The position numbers and the translations under genes were made by a program. Of a stretch of DNA of 64,000 bases, positions 11,877 to 24,484 are shown one piece after another; positions within the stretch are counted from its first letter, which is position 1, and every line of letters starts with the position of its first letter. This stretch comes from Phoronis australis (lineage: Eukaryota > Animalia > Phoronida), in NCBI GenBank assembly GCA_002633005.1, contig NMRA01001029.1, forward strand, positions 1-64,000, written 5' to 3'. The notes under the pieces are model-generated. The model did no database searches. It saw nothing but the letters and a program-made list of their open reading frames with translations, and was not told the DNA's origin.

Positions 11877-12427
11877 CTCTATACACTTAGTTGCTGATCC
11901 GAACAGTGTGCCGAGCGACTTGGGTTCAACCCATGACGTTGTACATGATTATTATTTTTTCAATTTTTACGTGTTTCTTTATGAGCTGTGCACTAAAGGC
12001 ACTGAAATCAAGTAAGATATAATAATAAAATTTATTTTGAGGTACTAGAGTCATGTTGCGTACACTTTAACTTCGGTTGTAGTTGGGTAATTTTGGTTAT
12101 TCAAAAATTAAGCACGATCAGCATTTGACGAGGAATTCAGAAATGTTATTGGTTATGTTCAAACATTTTATAACTTTACTTTTATTTTTAACATTACAGC
12201 CAATCAGGCTACAGATGCGAGATTAGAGCAGTTATCGAACAAGAGAGCTGACCCTCCAACCATAAATGCCAGAATGGACCTAATTCCGGCAGTCGTGTGA
12301 GATATAGGCTACGGCGCTCGGTCATCCGCTCAACTTGTTGTCGCGCTGAACCAGTTGGATTCAACGGGAGAACGCCGTAATTGTGCCGAAGGCCGGCCTG
12401 TCACATCCCAGCTCCGAAATGTAGTGA

Positions 12428-12487
12428 CATGGGCGGTGCACCATAATGATGGGCTGGGGGCCCCCACTTAGTGCTGCGCCACCCTTG
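12428..12487. mobile_element. Monomer of the CATGGGCG MITE
   Basis: AGTGA|CATGGGCGGTGCACC ... AGTGCTGCGCCACCCTTG|AGTGC. Homologous to the units at 2832-2982; flanks match at 4 of 5 bases. Confidence 0.55.
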
Positions 12488-12594
12488 AGTGCAAATCTAG
12501 ATAAACTATTGCCTGAAATATCTACATGTATACAGCCTGAAGGCGAACACTTGCAGGAAGTGAGGAAAGGGAATGAGTAGATGAGTCTAACAAT

Positions 12595-12972
12595 CAAGTT
12601 TCTGCGCATCGACGACAATGACAAGACGGAGCTGTTCTCCTTCCTGGCTTCTAACGTGGAAGAAATTGACGCCAACAAACATCTTAAGGCACTGGCGCTC
12701 TTTGCTCCAATCTATGGGATCTGACTGGTGTAACGTCGTGCACGCAAAGATGACGAATGAGGCTATTAATGCACCTATCCTGCTGCACGGCCTACAGGAC
12801 GCCGTGCAGCAGGGGCACAGTCGGCAAAGTGTCAATACGCAGAGTTGGTACAGACGTGGTAGTCCTGGCCGTACCATAAGCCAGTCGCCTCAACATTTGA
12901 ACTGTGGATTGCCTTTGGAGCTGGGAAGAGCTTCAGGCTCATCGACGCTGCTCATGAAATCGTCAAAGCTTG
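12595..12972 (+). pseudogene. Academ (AcademX) transposase fragment, XPG/PIN-like nuclease region
   Basis: Frameshifted peptides FLRIDDNDKTELFSFLA, ILLHGLQDAVQQGH, KVSIRRVGTDVVVLAV and LWIAFGAGKSFRLIDAAHEI. Confidence 0.7.
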
Positions 12973-14340
12973 TCTTGCATGTCGTCATACCAGATAAAAC
13001 ACTGTACTTGGCAGTTAACAAAGAAGCTAGATGTTATCACAAGCTCACAACCGCTTTATGTCTGGTAAAGTCACTGAACCAGAGAACGCCCTAATGCATT
13101 GGCGGAGTATGAGTTTTTGATGCCTGCGTTTAACATTCAAGATTGACGTCAATGATAAATTAACAGGAGACAAAACGTGGATTGGTGGAAATCATCAACT
13201 TCGATCATTCCACTTTATATTGAAGGCGAAGAATACATGACCTTCTTCCGTCTTTATGATGCTGTATATCAACAGCTTCAATACGACAAGAAAATTTCCT
13301 GCATTGACTTTTATTTCCTGCCAAACTTTCGAACGCAATAAAAAATCGCTTTAGTTTCCGCTTTGCGATTGTGCTTGTTCTCCAGTATCTTCGCTTTCAA
13401 GTTCACCTTGCCGTCGGTGAGGACAGAGTCATTGCGTTATTGCTGATTTAGCGTTAGATCTATGTTGTTCGTATGGAGTCTGAGGTACTGATTAACGTCC
13501 AACGTGAGAGGATGTTTTTCATCGATAAAAAAATTGTTGATAGACCTAGACTTACTTGTTTCAGAATACTGCGTACATGTACGGGCAGCCGTGCCCACAT
13601 CGGGGATTTCTGCAAGAAGACAACGTTAAATGTCTGGTTTTGAGCAACAGGAGCTATAGAGAAGTTATGTATGCTGAAATTAAAACAATAGAAACGCATC
13701 CTTTCTTCAGCGGGTACGGGCTAAATCCTCTATTAGCGCTGCAGTAGTAGCGATATCTGCTTACTCAGGGAGACGAGACAGTAGCGCTAATGTAGTAGCA
13801 CTATCTGCTAAGTTACACGTAACCGATTCAGATTTTCCGTTAGAAATATATCCACTGTTATGTATAATGACACAGCTAGTTGAGTCTAGAATAGCGCTAA
13901 ATTAGCGATTCTAGAGATATCTCGATACACCTTTCTTGGCTATTTGTGATACTTGTACAATCCTTCATTTTAATGTCTACTTGTGTCTCCCATAGCACGT
14001 ATGTCATTCGTTTGGGGGGGGGGGCTGCTTTGCTGGTTTAATTGTAAGAAATAAAATAACAATCGGTTTAGAGATCGAAGTCATATTTAATTGCACTGCA
14101 GACGATTCGTTTCTTGATATAAAACATCGTCAATAAGAAACCACACACCTAAAAGTGAAAAATGCAGACCTATCATCAGAATGATTCAGTTATAGTCCAA
14201 TGTCAAACTGCTCGAAAGCTTTAAATTGCCTGACGGCTCTAGTTGACATACGATATTATTACAATTACACGCTCTGGTGCTTATCCTTGTCAGTCTGGCC
14301 TAGTGTGATCACTGTCCGCTTAAGTTCATTTTTGACTTAA

Positions 14341-17300
14341 ATGAGAAGGCCACCCGATTTTATTGGTCTTTTTTGCCGTCTTAATCGGTCTACATCTACA
14401 TCACCTCTTATACGGTCGACCTTACCTTACCGAGAGGTGTCGAGTTAACCTGTGAGGAAGGTGAGGAACGACCCAGCGACGTTAGTGATTTGTCTGCAGA
14501 GTTAATGCCGCTATATTGCGGTGCATCGTTCCAGCTAGTCCGGACTATGAAGCTGCGAAGAAAACGGGTATATCGTTTTTTCGACTTCCTCGGGAGCCCG
14601 AAAGGCTTAGGAAGTGGCTCGCGATAGTGAAGAACGAAAGTTACGCTGTTAATAGGAAGTATGAGACCGTGAAACATCTCCGTGTCTGACCGGCATTTTG
14701 TCGACAGTCACGGTAATTTCTGACTCCGGCTTACCAAAGAACTATCCATACGTTCCGTTGTCTGTGTATGTTCACGGCGCCTCTCTAGTATTTCTTGATC
14801 AGTGTATTTCGGTTAGAACTGATAGCATGTGAAACCTAACGATACGACCCGTGAAGTCTTCGTCGGATGAGCTCTTGACTAAGTCGGGCTTGGCGCCGGG
14901 CGAGTTGCCATGTATTCTGCGTTCTGTTTCAAAATGAATTATTCTCATCCTAACCAATGCTTATATAAAACTGAATCTGTCTCATTAGATTCAATTTGTA
15001 ATCACTTTGCAGTATTCGTGAGTGCAAATGTTGAGAAGCCAGCAATGAATAAACCACTGCGTTACCGGCTTTTGATGCCGGCAACAAAGGTAATTGACCG
15101 GCCGGGCACCGAGGCCGTGTGAGCGCATGCTAATGGGGCTATTCGGAAAATCTACAATAACTAGAGGGCGTGCGTGTACTAGTGGTGATAGATTAACAGC
15201 CTCGATTTCGCGAGCCCTTTAAATACATGGTGAAATGGCTTGCAGCCGTGCCAACTGAATCTGAGATTGCGTAAAAAGGGTGCTTCTATTAGAGGAAGAA
15301 AGCACGACCTCATACAAAGGTAAGGTTTGTGATTATTTTAACGATTATTCCATGATTATTCTACCGATGCCTGTTAACTGAGGCACTCGCCGATGTCGAC
15401 TTCGCGGCAGTCAGGCGCCAGCCAAAGTCTGGTTAATCTTTGTATGTTGTGATATGTGATACGATACTTGATGTAGCAATCGGGATCTTTTCGTACATCA
15501 AAGCATTATTATTGTTTGGAATGATTTCTAAAAGTTTATCAGTGACAGTTACATCAATCAATGCTGAATGTTTATGCTGTCAACTCGATACAGGTTAATG
15601 AGTTAAGATTACAATCCAATCCCAATGGCAAAGGGTACGTGAGTGATAAATATCCATTGCATTAGACTATTTGTTTACTCCCTATCATATGTCTTCTGGA
15701 AATCTATTACACGTTGAAATGGAAATCTATCACGTCAGTTTTCACGTAACCTTTGGTTTTTAGGCTTGAAGGCTTGTACCGTGCAGAGGAGATATGCATC
15801 GCTTCTGCACCTTCCCTGAATGGACAAAAATTGGTTTTTAGCATTTGACTGCTGCTAACCAACAAGATCTTCCCATCATCCAGCGCAGATCTGTTGTCAA
15901 AGCCTACTTTCAATATTGGAGACAACGAACAAAGCCTTTGAAAAGGAACAGCTATTTTTAAAGTCATTTTGTTAAATTACTTATTCAGGTCCCGAGGGGG
16001 GATTGGCATGGGGGGTTGTAATATTTGGTACAACTGAATGTGTGGAAATAACAGGTAATACATGTTTGGGGAAAAGAGCATGGTGAGGTAATTCTTATCC
16101 TTCACGAAGTCCCTTCAAGTTGATTTCATGAAACTGTTTTGCTACTTGTATCAATTGTAAAACCACGAAAATATATTACATTTTCCGAATTCACAGTGAC
16201 TGAATAGTCTTAACTCATGCCTTGAAATGTTGCAAGTGGTTATAAATTCAAATGACTGCCATTTTTGTGAAAATTGCATTTTTGATGGTGCCTTACGACT
16301 CTTAAACAACAGAAAAATTATCCATGACCCAAGTCTTCATATCTTCTATTAGAAGAAAAACCTTAGGCTAGAAGTATGCTTGACAGACCCATGAACCTGT
16401 AATCTGAGTTTAAACTTGCTGAAAGTATCAAAATTAAAATGGCTTGAAAATGGGTAACAAAGGTTTGAAGTTGTCTCAAAAAAATTGTATATTTTACAGA
16501 CAAGTGACGCGTTTAAAGAATTGTTATGGCTAGGGATCAAAAATAAAGACACAGTTTTATCCAATACTCATTATATACACCCTTGGTTACTGAAAATAGT
16601 AATTATTTACTTTTATGTGAAACTGTAGAGCAATCACCATATATTTTTGAAAAACAGGAATAACATTTTTGATCCAATCTGGAGTACGTAATTATTCATA
16701 TTTCAATATCTGTTCCAGATTCAGTGACATTTTAAGGCCACTTCAAGCTGTATCATAGACAAACTTTGTTACTCCGTTCTCGTCCCATAGCACTTCCACA
16801 CACCAGCAGTGCTGCATGGCACAATGTGCAAGTCAGTGGCCCAGGAGAAATGTGAATCGCAGTACTAAGTTACCATAAGACAATGTGTCAGTGGAGTGTC
16901 TGTGTATCCAGACGAACTATATCTGACTGCTACACAAATAAGCCTTGTTGGTGAGGATGCTCTTTCATAGGCAATGAGTCATGTGTGGACAATAGCTTAT
17001 TTCCTTTCCTGAAAGAAACATGAGGGACTGAAGATAAAGAAGACCTAGTCACACTCTGGTCTAGTTCAGAGTCTGATTTTGGGGTCAAACCGATTCAAGT
17101 GATATGCTCCTGTGTTTACCTTCAAGGGTCTAATTGTGGATGTTATTGAGGCTGAATGAGGTTACATGAAAGAAAGCCACGTGTTGAAACTGGACCTTTT
17201 TTTACAAGCGCTTCTATAGGCCATTGAAACTAGAACCCAGTGAAAAGAAAGCCAAAAGCTGAGTAACATTAAATTTTCCTTTCAGAAGAAAGGCTTTATA

Positions 17301-19518
17301 CTATTGGTAAAAACTTTTCAATTTGGTGCAGATTATGGGGAAATGACATTCAGTGACTGCTTCGATTGTCTTATTGTATGTTTTCAATTGTAGCTAGCTG
17401 GATAAGAATCTGCTATGCACAAGATTCGAGAATAAACAATTATCAGTGTATTTAAAAACAAATGGCAAACTGAAAAAGCACAGAACGAAACAACATTGCG
17501 AGGGAGTCCATGCTCAGGCATATCAGGTTCTGAATTTCTGAATTACGTTCAATTCTCTCAGGTTATTGCTGAAGGATTGCTTTTCACTTTGTCCAACGGT
17601 GAAATAGAAGGTCAGGCAGTTGATTTCAGTTGTTTTTTCTTGCCTGTAACAAAATAGAAATATTAGCAAATTGTAAAAGAAAAGACAAGACAAAACTACT
17701 TTTGTAAGGCAGAACATACTTGACATTTCATCTTCATGTTTATGTGTAGAAACTAATAACCTTTGTACCCAAGTCTTATTTAATATCTGAATTAAAATAT
17801 GTGAAACAGGCTAAAAGTGATTTAACAATGTGTATTTTTCATGACACTTAAAATGTGCTTCTGATCTCAACAAGTAAAATTCATTCTAGGTGTCAATTTA
17901 TTTCCAGTGCAATGTTACGACATTTACTGAATTAAGGCTTATTCATGTTAATTCGATAACTGAGCTGGTGGTCCTGGGGGTGGGGTTCACGATAAAATAA
18001 GGAAACTCACTCATCTAGAGAATTTTATTGGAAACAGCATAGTTTTGAAGAGAAACTGCTGTGAAAAAGTCACTCTTGACTTTTGTGCATCACGTACCAT
18101 ACACCTCTTATTTTGGGAGCACTCCCACCCAGGACAATATGAATATGTGCTGCTAGCCTACCCGGCATCGGGTGAGTTTCCAAAAAGAAACACTTAGTTC
18201 CACTCAATAAAACTGTTATTCAGTGGGGTAACTGGTGGGGATAACATCACCGAACGATGTTGATAGAAACTGATTGCTAAAAAATTACCAATTAATGTTG
18301 TGTAGTCTCTGAATGGAACTGCATAGTCACAGACATAGAGAGCACATACGGGGCTTCAGCGTCCACACACTTTTTGTCAGTTAGTTGTCCCTGTTGACCG
18401 CAATTGTCCACGAATATAGCAACCTTAGGTCTTTTGGAATTTGTGGCCACCTGTCGAAGACTTGCACCGGGGAAATTAGCAGTAATAAGGCTTAGCGCGA
18501 CGACGTATTTTGATAAAAATTCCATCTTTTACCACGGCAGTTGTTTACATGCAGACATCCACGCATGCGCAATTGAATCACCACTAGTACAGTAGCGACA
18601 CCGCGAGGAGAATTCTCCGAATAGCCCCATTCAGTGTTTGTTGACAGAAAGCTGTTGTGAAACAATTAATCGATTTTATATGCTATGGCCACATGTTAGG
18701 GTAATCTTTATTTAGAAATACAAATACATTATTCAAATCATTCATTGACGGTCTTTGGAAGGGGAACCCGACTTCGCGGCCCCCGACAAGTAAGTAGATT
18801 TTCAGTTTCGTGGCTAATTCACGTAAATAATTACGTGCACATTATTTCTTTGGCTCACTATTATAGTCTTTTGGTGACTGGAGGTTTAATTTTCAACTCA
18901 AGCTGGTAGTGTTCATGCTAGTCCCGGCGGCCGCGACGGGCCTGATCGGGTTCGGAGCCACTGGCCAGGATAACGAGTCAGTCCGGCCTCGCCGGGCCTG
19001 ATCGGGCTCCGAGCCATTGGCCGGGATAACAAGCGTTTCATGTGTTTAGAACTAAAAAATCACAAGTCTAAACAACACAGATCTAGGTTCTTTTGTCTGT
19101 ATTTCACGGAAGAACACTTCGAATTTATCTCCGAACAGACCCCGAACTCCTGTTACGGACGTTGGTAAATTGGCCTGCCGAAGTGTTCAGGTTACGGTAC
19201 GTGTGTCCAAATACTAATGAATCCGTAACAGCGAAATAAAACAACACGTTTTTATAAGAACTCAGTGTATTTTTAAGGGTTTTACATCGACGTTTGGTGA
19301 TTTATTGGTGTTAAACGATGAATTCAAGCGATAAGCTGACACCAGTAACCCGTGTTGTGAACTGCTGAACAGACTGCGTGTGAAACCAATGACGTCATTG
19401 GATAATTTCAACACCGTCTGCCGTCAGGTGTCAGGTAACGCAACCGAACGTGACGTTATCGAGTAGAACTACTCAATATAAATTGATTCAAAAAAGGTCT
19501 TTTGGGTGGCATTCTCCT
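14341..19518 (+). mobile_element. Kolobok-like family K1 copy 2, split by an ISL2EU-like insertion
   Basis: TTAA|ATGAGAAGGCCACCC ... GGGTGGCATTCTCCT|TTAA. Homology to the other K1 copies stops at 15134 and resumes at 18629. GC-rich internal tandem units at ~18925-19035. Confidence 0.85.
15135..18628. mobile_element. Non-autonomous ISL2EU-like (PIF/Harbinger-related) transposon, complete, AT TSD
   Basis: AT|GGGGCTATTCGGA ... TCCGAATAGCCCC|AT, with a subterminal inverted TGTACTAGTGGTGAT. The empty site in other K1 copies is TAATTTAG, so only AT is duplicated. THAP-like remnant WTIAVNRDN*LTKSVWTLKPRMCSL on the minus strand at ~18335-18412. Confidence 0.8.
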
Positions 19519-19544
19519 TTAAGTTTACGATTTGTCTCAACTTC

Positions 19545-22292
19545 CAGGCCCGTAGAAAGGCAAAAATTATTTCGACTTTGCCAAACTACCCCCTCATCGC
19601 CACCACCTCCGCCACCACCCTCCGCCCCCCTCCCTCCGTGCTCCCGATGCCACCATATTTCAGTGGTACTGAATGTCTCACGTCCGCCCTAGGTGGGGGA
19701 CAAAAAATGATTAACCGTGTAGCAAGACAGAGAGTAATAATGGGTCTAGGACTATTACACTGCCTCAAGTAGCTACAATATGTATAGCTGAGATCTAACG
19801 ATGTGTATATACGAAATTACAAATCTAGCTGCTGGTCAGCTCAGCTTTGATTCATTTGAGACAGACAGGCAGCTCGTACCGGCCGTCTTCGCTGTCTCTA
19901 AGATTCGTTTGACTGTGACCCAGTTTCGGAGGAACTTTATTTTATTATGGCCATTCTTTGAAGGAGTTTTTTTGAATAGCTGATGTCCCGAGGTCCCTTG
20001 TATAGTGCATTAGGAGCTGTTTCAAAATCCCTCGTTGAAACACAACCGATAGTCCGAGTTTCTGGTGGTTGGGGAAATTGATACGCCTGGAGTTCAGTTC
20101 CCGTGGATCACTGAGATTCTTCGCAGGCCTACTGCATGGTTACATCTTATTTTTAATGAAGGTGCGTCAGTTATAACGTTCACGGAATCAGGACAAGCAA
20201 ACAATTCAGTTTTGGGGAACAGAATTTCGTTGCTCAATACTCCTGGAAACTAAAAACACCAAGGAATTGCAAAGACAACATTTTCAAACAATGAATTTAA
20301 TTTTATTTATTTAAGGAGTTTAAAAACCTTTTTTTCGACCTACGATTTGTGAGTCTGAATTTCATCAGCGTCTTTGAGAGTTATTTTAGATTAGCAAAAT
20401 CGTCTAATTGTACTTTACTATTTGGGGATTGGATTATCGACTTTCCCAACTTCAGGCTGCAATTAAATTCACTGAAACATCATCAATTCTTACAAGATTA
20501 GCTTCTAATAGTAAAAAATCATCTGTGAATCTATCGATTTTCTTAGATTTTTTAAAAATTTTTAATTGCAGGCGGTCTGATACACGTTGTACCAGACGTG
20601 CGCAGGCCTCGCATGTGGGCCCATTACACTGATCACCTGGAAATATTTTTATGCTTTATTAATCTATGGCTAAAACCGAGCTGAGGAGCTAGAAACCTGG
20701 CTCAAGGGTTTAGCAGTGTGACCTGGTGTGACTCGAACCCACGACCTCGAGTAATGAAAGCGGGCACTTATCAACCAGGCCACACTGTCTCCTTCCTAGA
20801 AACATAAACAAGTAAATTAGAAACCAACGAATTTGTTTATCAAAACGGACTGTTATAAGCAATTTCCGCAGGCATGCTCGCAGATTTTTGGCGGGTAACC
20901 GGCGGAACATCGGAGATGGGGTATTCGTATCAAGGCTCATTTCAGAGGTACCTATAGCTGTTCATGAGGTAAACTAGGACTCCACTGACAAAAAAAGCTG
21001 AAATCTTTGTTTACTATAGCGAGTGTTCTTTGAGTATCCCCTTTCGACATGTACACGGTGATCACAAATAGTAGCCTAGACAGCAGTCTTTTAGACATGC
21101 GGGAAGTACTTACAAACAACTCATAGTAACCATTTTCAAAAGAGATAATTTTCTTGAGTTACTGTGGGAAACAGTAAGATTATTCTATAACTAACCATCG
21201 GATATAGTTCCGTTGTATAATTCACAAATAGTGATCTCCACGTTCTTAAAGATTCCACCCTTTCGATGGCGGTCAATCTTATTGTATTTTTTAACCATTT
21301 TCTGGTTGTTTGGGTCGAATGTCTTGATACTGCCGTGCTGTGCACGAATGTTATGCGTTTTTGATGAATTTTGGAATCTGAACTTCTCTCATGAATACTT
21401 GGCAGTGTCGGATTTAAATGTATAGAGGGACAAAGGGACATTTCCCCCGAGCTGCTCCACCGAGAGCGGGTCCCGTCTGAAATGGGACACCTTAAGACGA
21501 AAGGCTAAACGCCAAGCTTCTTAAAAAGAGTGTCAGTTCCTTCCACCGTCGTGTGGTTACAAAACGATGCAGGAAGTGACCTTCTTCAACATGAAAGCTG
21601 GTTGCACGGTTTCACAAAAACAGCAAAATAGAGATATTCGATTCAAACATTAGGCCCTCTCTCCATGAGCGGCCCCTTAAGAATTTATCAATAAAAACAC
21701 AAAAGCGTGGCCACTTAAAAGTCGTCAATGGTCTCCTTCAAGGGCGAGGTACTTAAATATGAAAATATCTATTATCATATCTGTATTTTCAAAAATGAGG
21801 AAATACACAGCAATTGATGTTATCTGTCAGGTTATCATTTTTCAATTGATATACAGTGTCGAGAAAAAAATAAATTGAACGTTGTCTCCGTTATTCCTTG
21901 CCAGAGAGGGGCCTCTGGAAAAATATAGTTCTACATTCGCAAAATTGACTTACTGAATTCAATAATCCAGTAAATAAGTACGCTCCGCAAAAGATTCGCT
22001 TTACAAACTTTCTCGATTTTTTAAAACTTATGTATGATTACGTGCACGTTTTCAAATGCTTTTAGACGGCCTATGCTCCAAAAGCAGAGACCTAACAGCA
22101 ATGTCCTGACCAGGGTGCCAAAAGGTAAACTATCCACTGATACAGAGTTGTTAAATGTTCTCTTGAATTTTCTCTCTAATCCGTATTTCGTAGTCTTTCT
22201 TGTCTCGACTTACCCCGGCCCCACGCCTATGTCGGTTGCCACGGTTTAATCCCGACGCCTGAATTATTTGGAGGGGGGCACTTACGGCCCTG
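19545..22292 (-). mobile_element. Non-autonomous hAT-type element, family D copy 2, complete, 5-bp TSD ACTTC
   Basis: ACTTC|CAGGCCCGTA ... TACGGCCCTG|ACTTC. Inverted relative to 6820-8901. Extra inserted sequence at ~20540-21170. Confidence 0.8.
20640..20795 (-). mobile_element. tRNA-derived SINE-like sequence
   Basis: Minus strand reads TGGCCTGGTTG (A-box-like) ... GGTTCGAGTCA (B-box), then a short body and an AATAAA/A-rich tail. Confidence 0.5.
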
Positions 22293-22361
22293 ACTTCATA
22301 TTATATAGTTGATACAACACTTTTTGTATAAGAATGACACAGCAGATGATTCAGATGTACG

Positions 22362-22616
22362 TTACAACTTGTACATTTCGTAGATGGCCGTGAACATTTT
22401 TGTAATCTCCTCACACAATATCGCCCACTCCTGGCCGTCCGTTTCCTTCTGTTGATCCGGGTGGTAGTGAGTGACGGCTTTAAGGAACGCTTTTTTGAAC
22501 TTTTTCTCTTCCAATGACTTTTCGTCCAGTGAAGCTTCCCCCTTTTTCGGCTTTGGGGGATGAGTCTTGTATACAAAACGAATGAAGGATTCGTGTCCTT
22601 TTGCTTGTTGTTCCTT
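22362..22616 (-). CDS. Coding exon 5 (last): J-domain-like C-terminus
   Basis: Acceptor TTGTTTTCAG|AAG. Reads KEQQAKGHESFIRFVYKTHPPK...KKFKKAFLKAVTHYHPDQQKETDGQEWAILCEEITKMFTAIYEMYKL, with TAA at 22364-22362. Confidence 0.9.
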   Translation of the reverse strand, partial: KEQQAKGHESFIRFVYKTHPPKPKKGEASLDEKSLEEKKFKKAFLKAVTHYHPDQQKETDGQEWAILCEEITKMFTAIYEMYKL

Positions 22617-23005
22617 CTGAAAACAAGCCAATAAGTTGATGAAAATTATTGTTGAATTTGAAGTCAATAGAATTCATCAATATTTCCATTACTATGTCTA
22701 GTTAAGGAATACACCGTATACACCTAATTACATGCTCATCGGTGTGACTTTGACGTAAAAAAATACTCTTTATCAGATACCTGACTGCGTCATATTTTTT
22801 CTAAAAAGATATTTCCTATTTTTCCAGTTCAGATGAGCAAAGACAAAGGCCCAGTGCTGTAGTGGTAAAATTAGAGGTAAACAGGCGCCCAGAGCCGATC
22901 GTATCGCCGTGAGCGCTGAATTTTAAAGTGCATTGAACTCGCACGACCTGACTCACAAACATGTAGGCTTTTTTTACTCACAAGTGGGTATTTACATAGA
23001 ATCTG

Positions 23006-23214
23006 CAGTGGCGGATCTTGGATGTCGGAGAAGGAGGGTCAAACCACACATATCTGAAGGCAAAGGTCCGCGTGCATTCCAAGCAGTCTCTGAAGAAGGC
23101 CCATGCACAATTATCAAGGAAAATAGGAGTGTAATGCACAGAAACTGGCGGCGACTTTTAGTCGCCCGTGGGGTGTGTCTCGGGGGCCTTCGCCACCCCC
23201 TTTATCCACCTGTG
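23006..23214. mobile_element. Degenerate hAT-type MITE
   Basis: Starts CAGTGGCGGATCTTGG and ends with degenerate TTTATCCACCTGTG. No TSD recognisable. Confidence 0.4.
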
Positions 23215-23928
23215 GTACGTGTAACACCATATTGCTTTTTTATCTTGAATTAGTAAAAATTCTATTACTCGGCGAGCATATGCCTGGTGATCACGCTCGC
23301 CGAAATGTTCGGCAAAAAATGCAGCCAGCGTAGCGCATTGATTCCGTAAGGTATCGTTTCGAGACTACACCCCACTTACCGTCACTTACGGTGCGTAGAC
23401 GCTACGTTAAAATAAAAAAGGTGGTTGATGCGATAAAATGTAGAGGTGTTGGCTGCAACTACGTGCGCCTACGCCCCACTACAGCACTGCAAAGGCATGG
23501 GATTTCCTTGCCTTACTTTAAAGCCAGTTTGTAGAGGATTTAACTAAATCATGTACTCAGTTTTAATAAACAAAACATGTATAAGAATAGTTTGCACTAC
23601 ACAATTTCTGAAGACGATAGAGATAATAATTCACAAAGTCTAGCCTTACATGTTATTAAATGTTTCATTGCTGATCATCTATTTGTAAACTTGTTCAATA
23701 CTAATTTATTTAAATAAATTAATTTCTCGGAACAGTAATACAGACCTATTTCTTTTTGCAACATAGTTAAATTTGGAAGTTTACCTCTGAGACGCTACTT
23801 GTAAAAGTGGAGTTTGCAAAAGGCATAAAATAAAACTTTACACTGCATTATAGTTATCATTATAATTATTATAACTCTCCATGATAGCAAGTAACTCCAT
23901 ATATTCAAGAAAACAACAACGGTTTCAA

Positions 23929-23976
23929 AACTTGACATGTTTCGGTGTCATTTATTAAACACCATCCTCAGAAGTC
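23929..23976 (-). ncRNA. Minimal type I hammerhead ribozyme (Penelope pseudo-LTR), minus-strand copy
   Basis: Reverse complement of the 25135-25182 motif with an intact core. Confidence 0.8.
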
Positions 23977-24484
23977 ATAATACAGTGGCCACCTAGCTAG
24001 GCCCAGGAACAAGTAATGAAGCACAGATACAGTCAGTTACAGGGAGTGACAATGAACTAGACCAACAATGACAACCTGTGGTGTGTCAGTTGGCTATTGA
24101 GATTGGGCTTGCACCAACTGATATGTAAAGCCTCACGCATTTTAAGCTCCTTTGTTGTTACTGCCTGGTCTATTTTTGCAAAGTCATTGAAAGAGCACTG
24201 CTGATAACAATGATTGGAGCTCTGCAGGTGAATATTTACACGTGAATTACTGTCAGAATTTAGGTGTTCCTTGGTCCTGGTTTTCAAATGGCGAACAGTT
24301 TCGCCTAAATAACTGGAGCCACACCCAGCACAGATAAATTTGTATACTACCTTGGACCGTAGACCCATAGAAATTTTGTCCTTAGGGTTAAATAAACTCG
24401 ACAGTTTTAGAGACTTGAATGTTAATACAACTCTTAAGTTCACAAAGTAATCATTCACCAATTTGTTGAGAACTTACAACGAAT

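Larger units (their letters stand above)
10072..12066 (-). mobile_element. Kolobok-like element K2 carrying a THAP-domain remnant, interrupted by MITE B
   Basis: TTAA|ACAGTACACACCATG ... CATGTTGCGTACACT|TTAA (imperfect TIR), with a THAP pseudogene inside. Confidence 0.55.

Noticed and set aside
15707-15967. Near-identical 86/85-aa ORFs here and at 59127-59384 as a duplicated gene
   Set aside because: Both lie inside copies of the same non-autonomous transposon, so the similarity is explained by the repeat. No recognisable domain.
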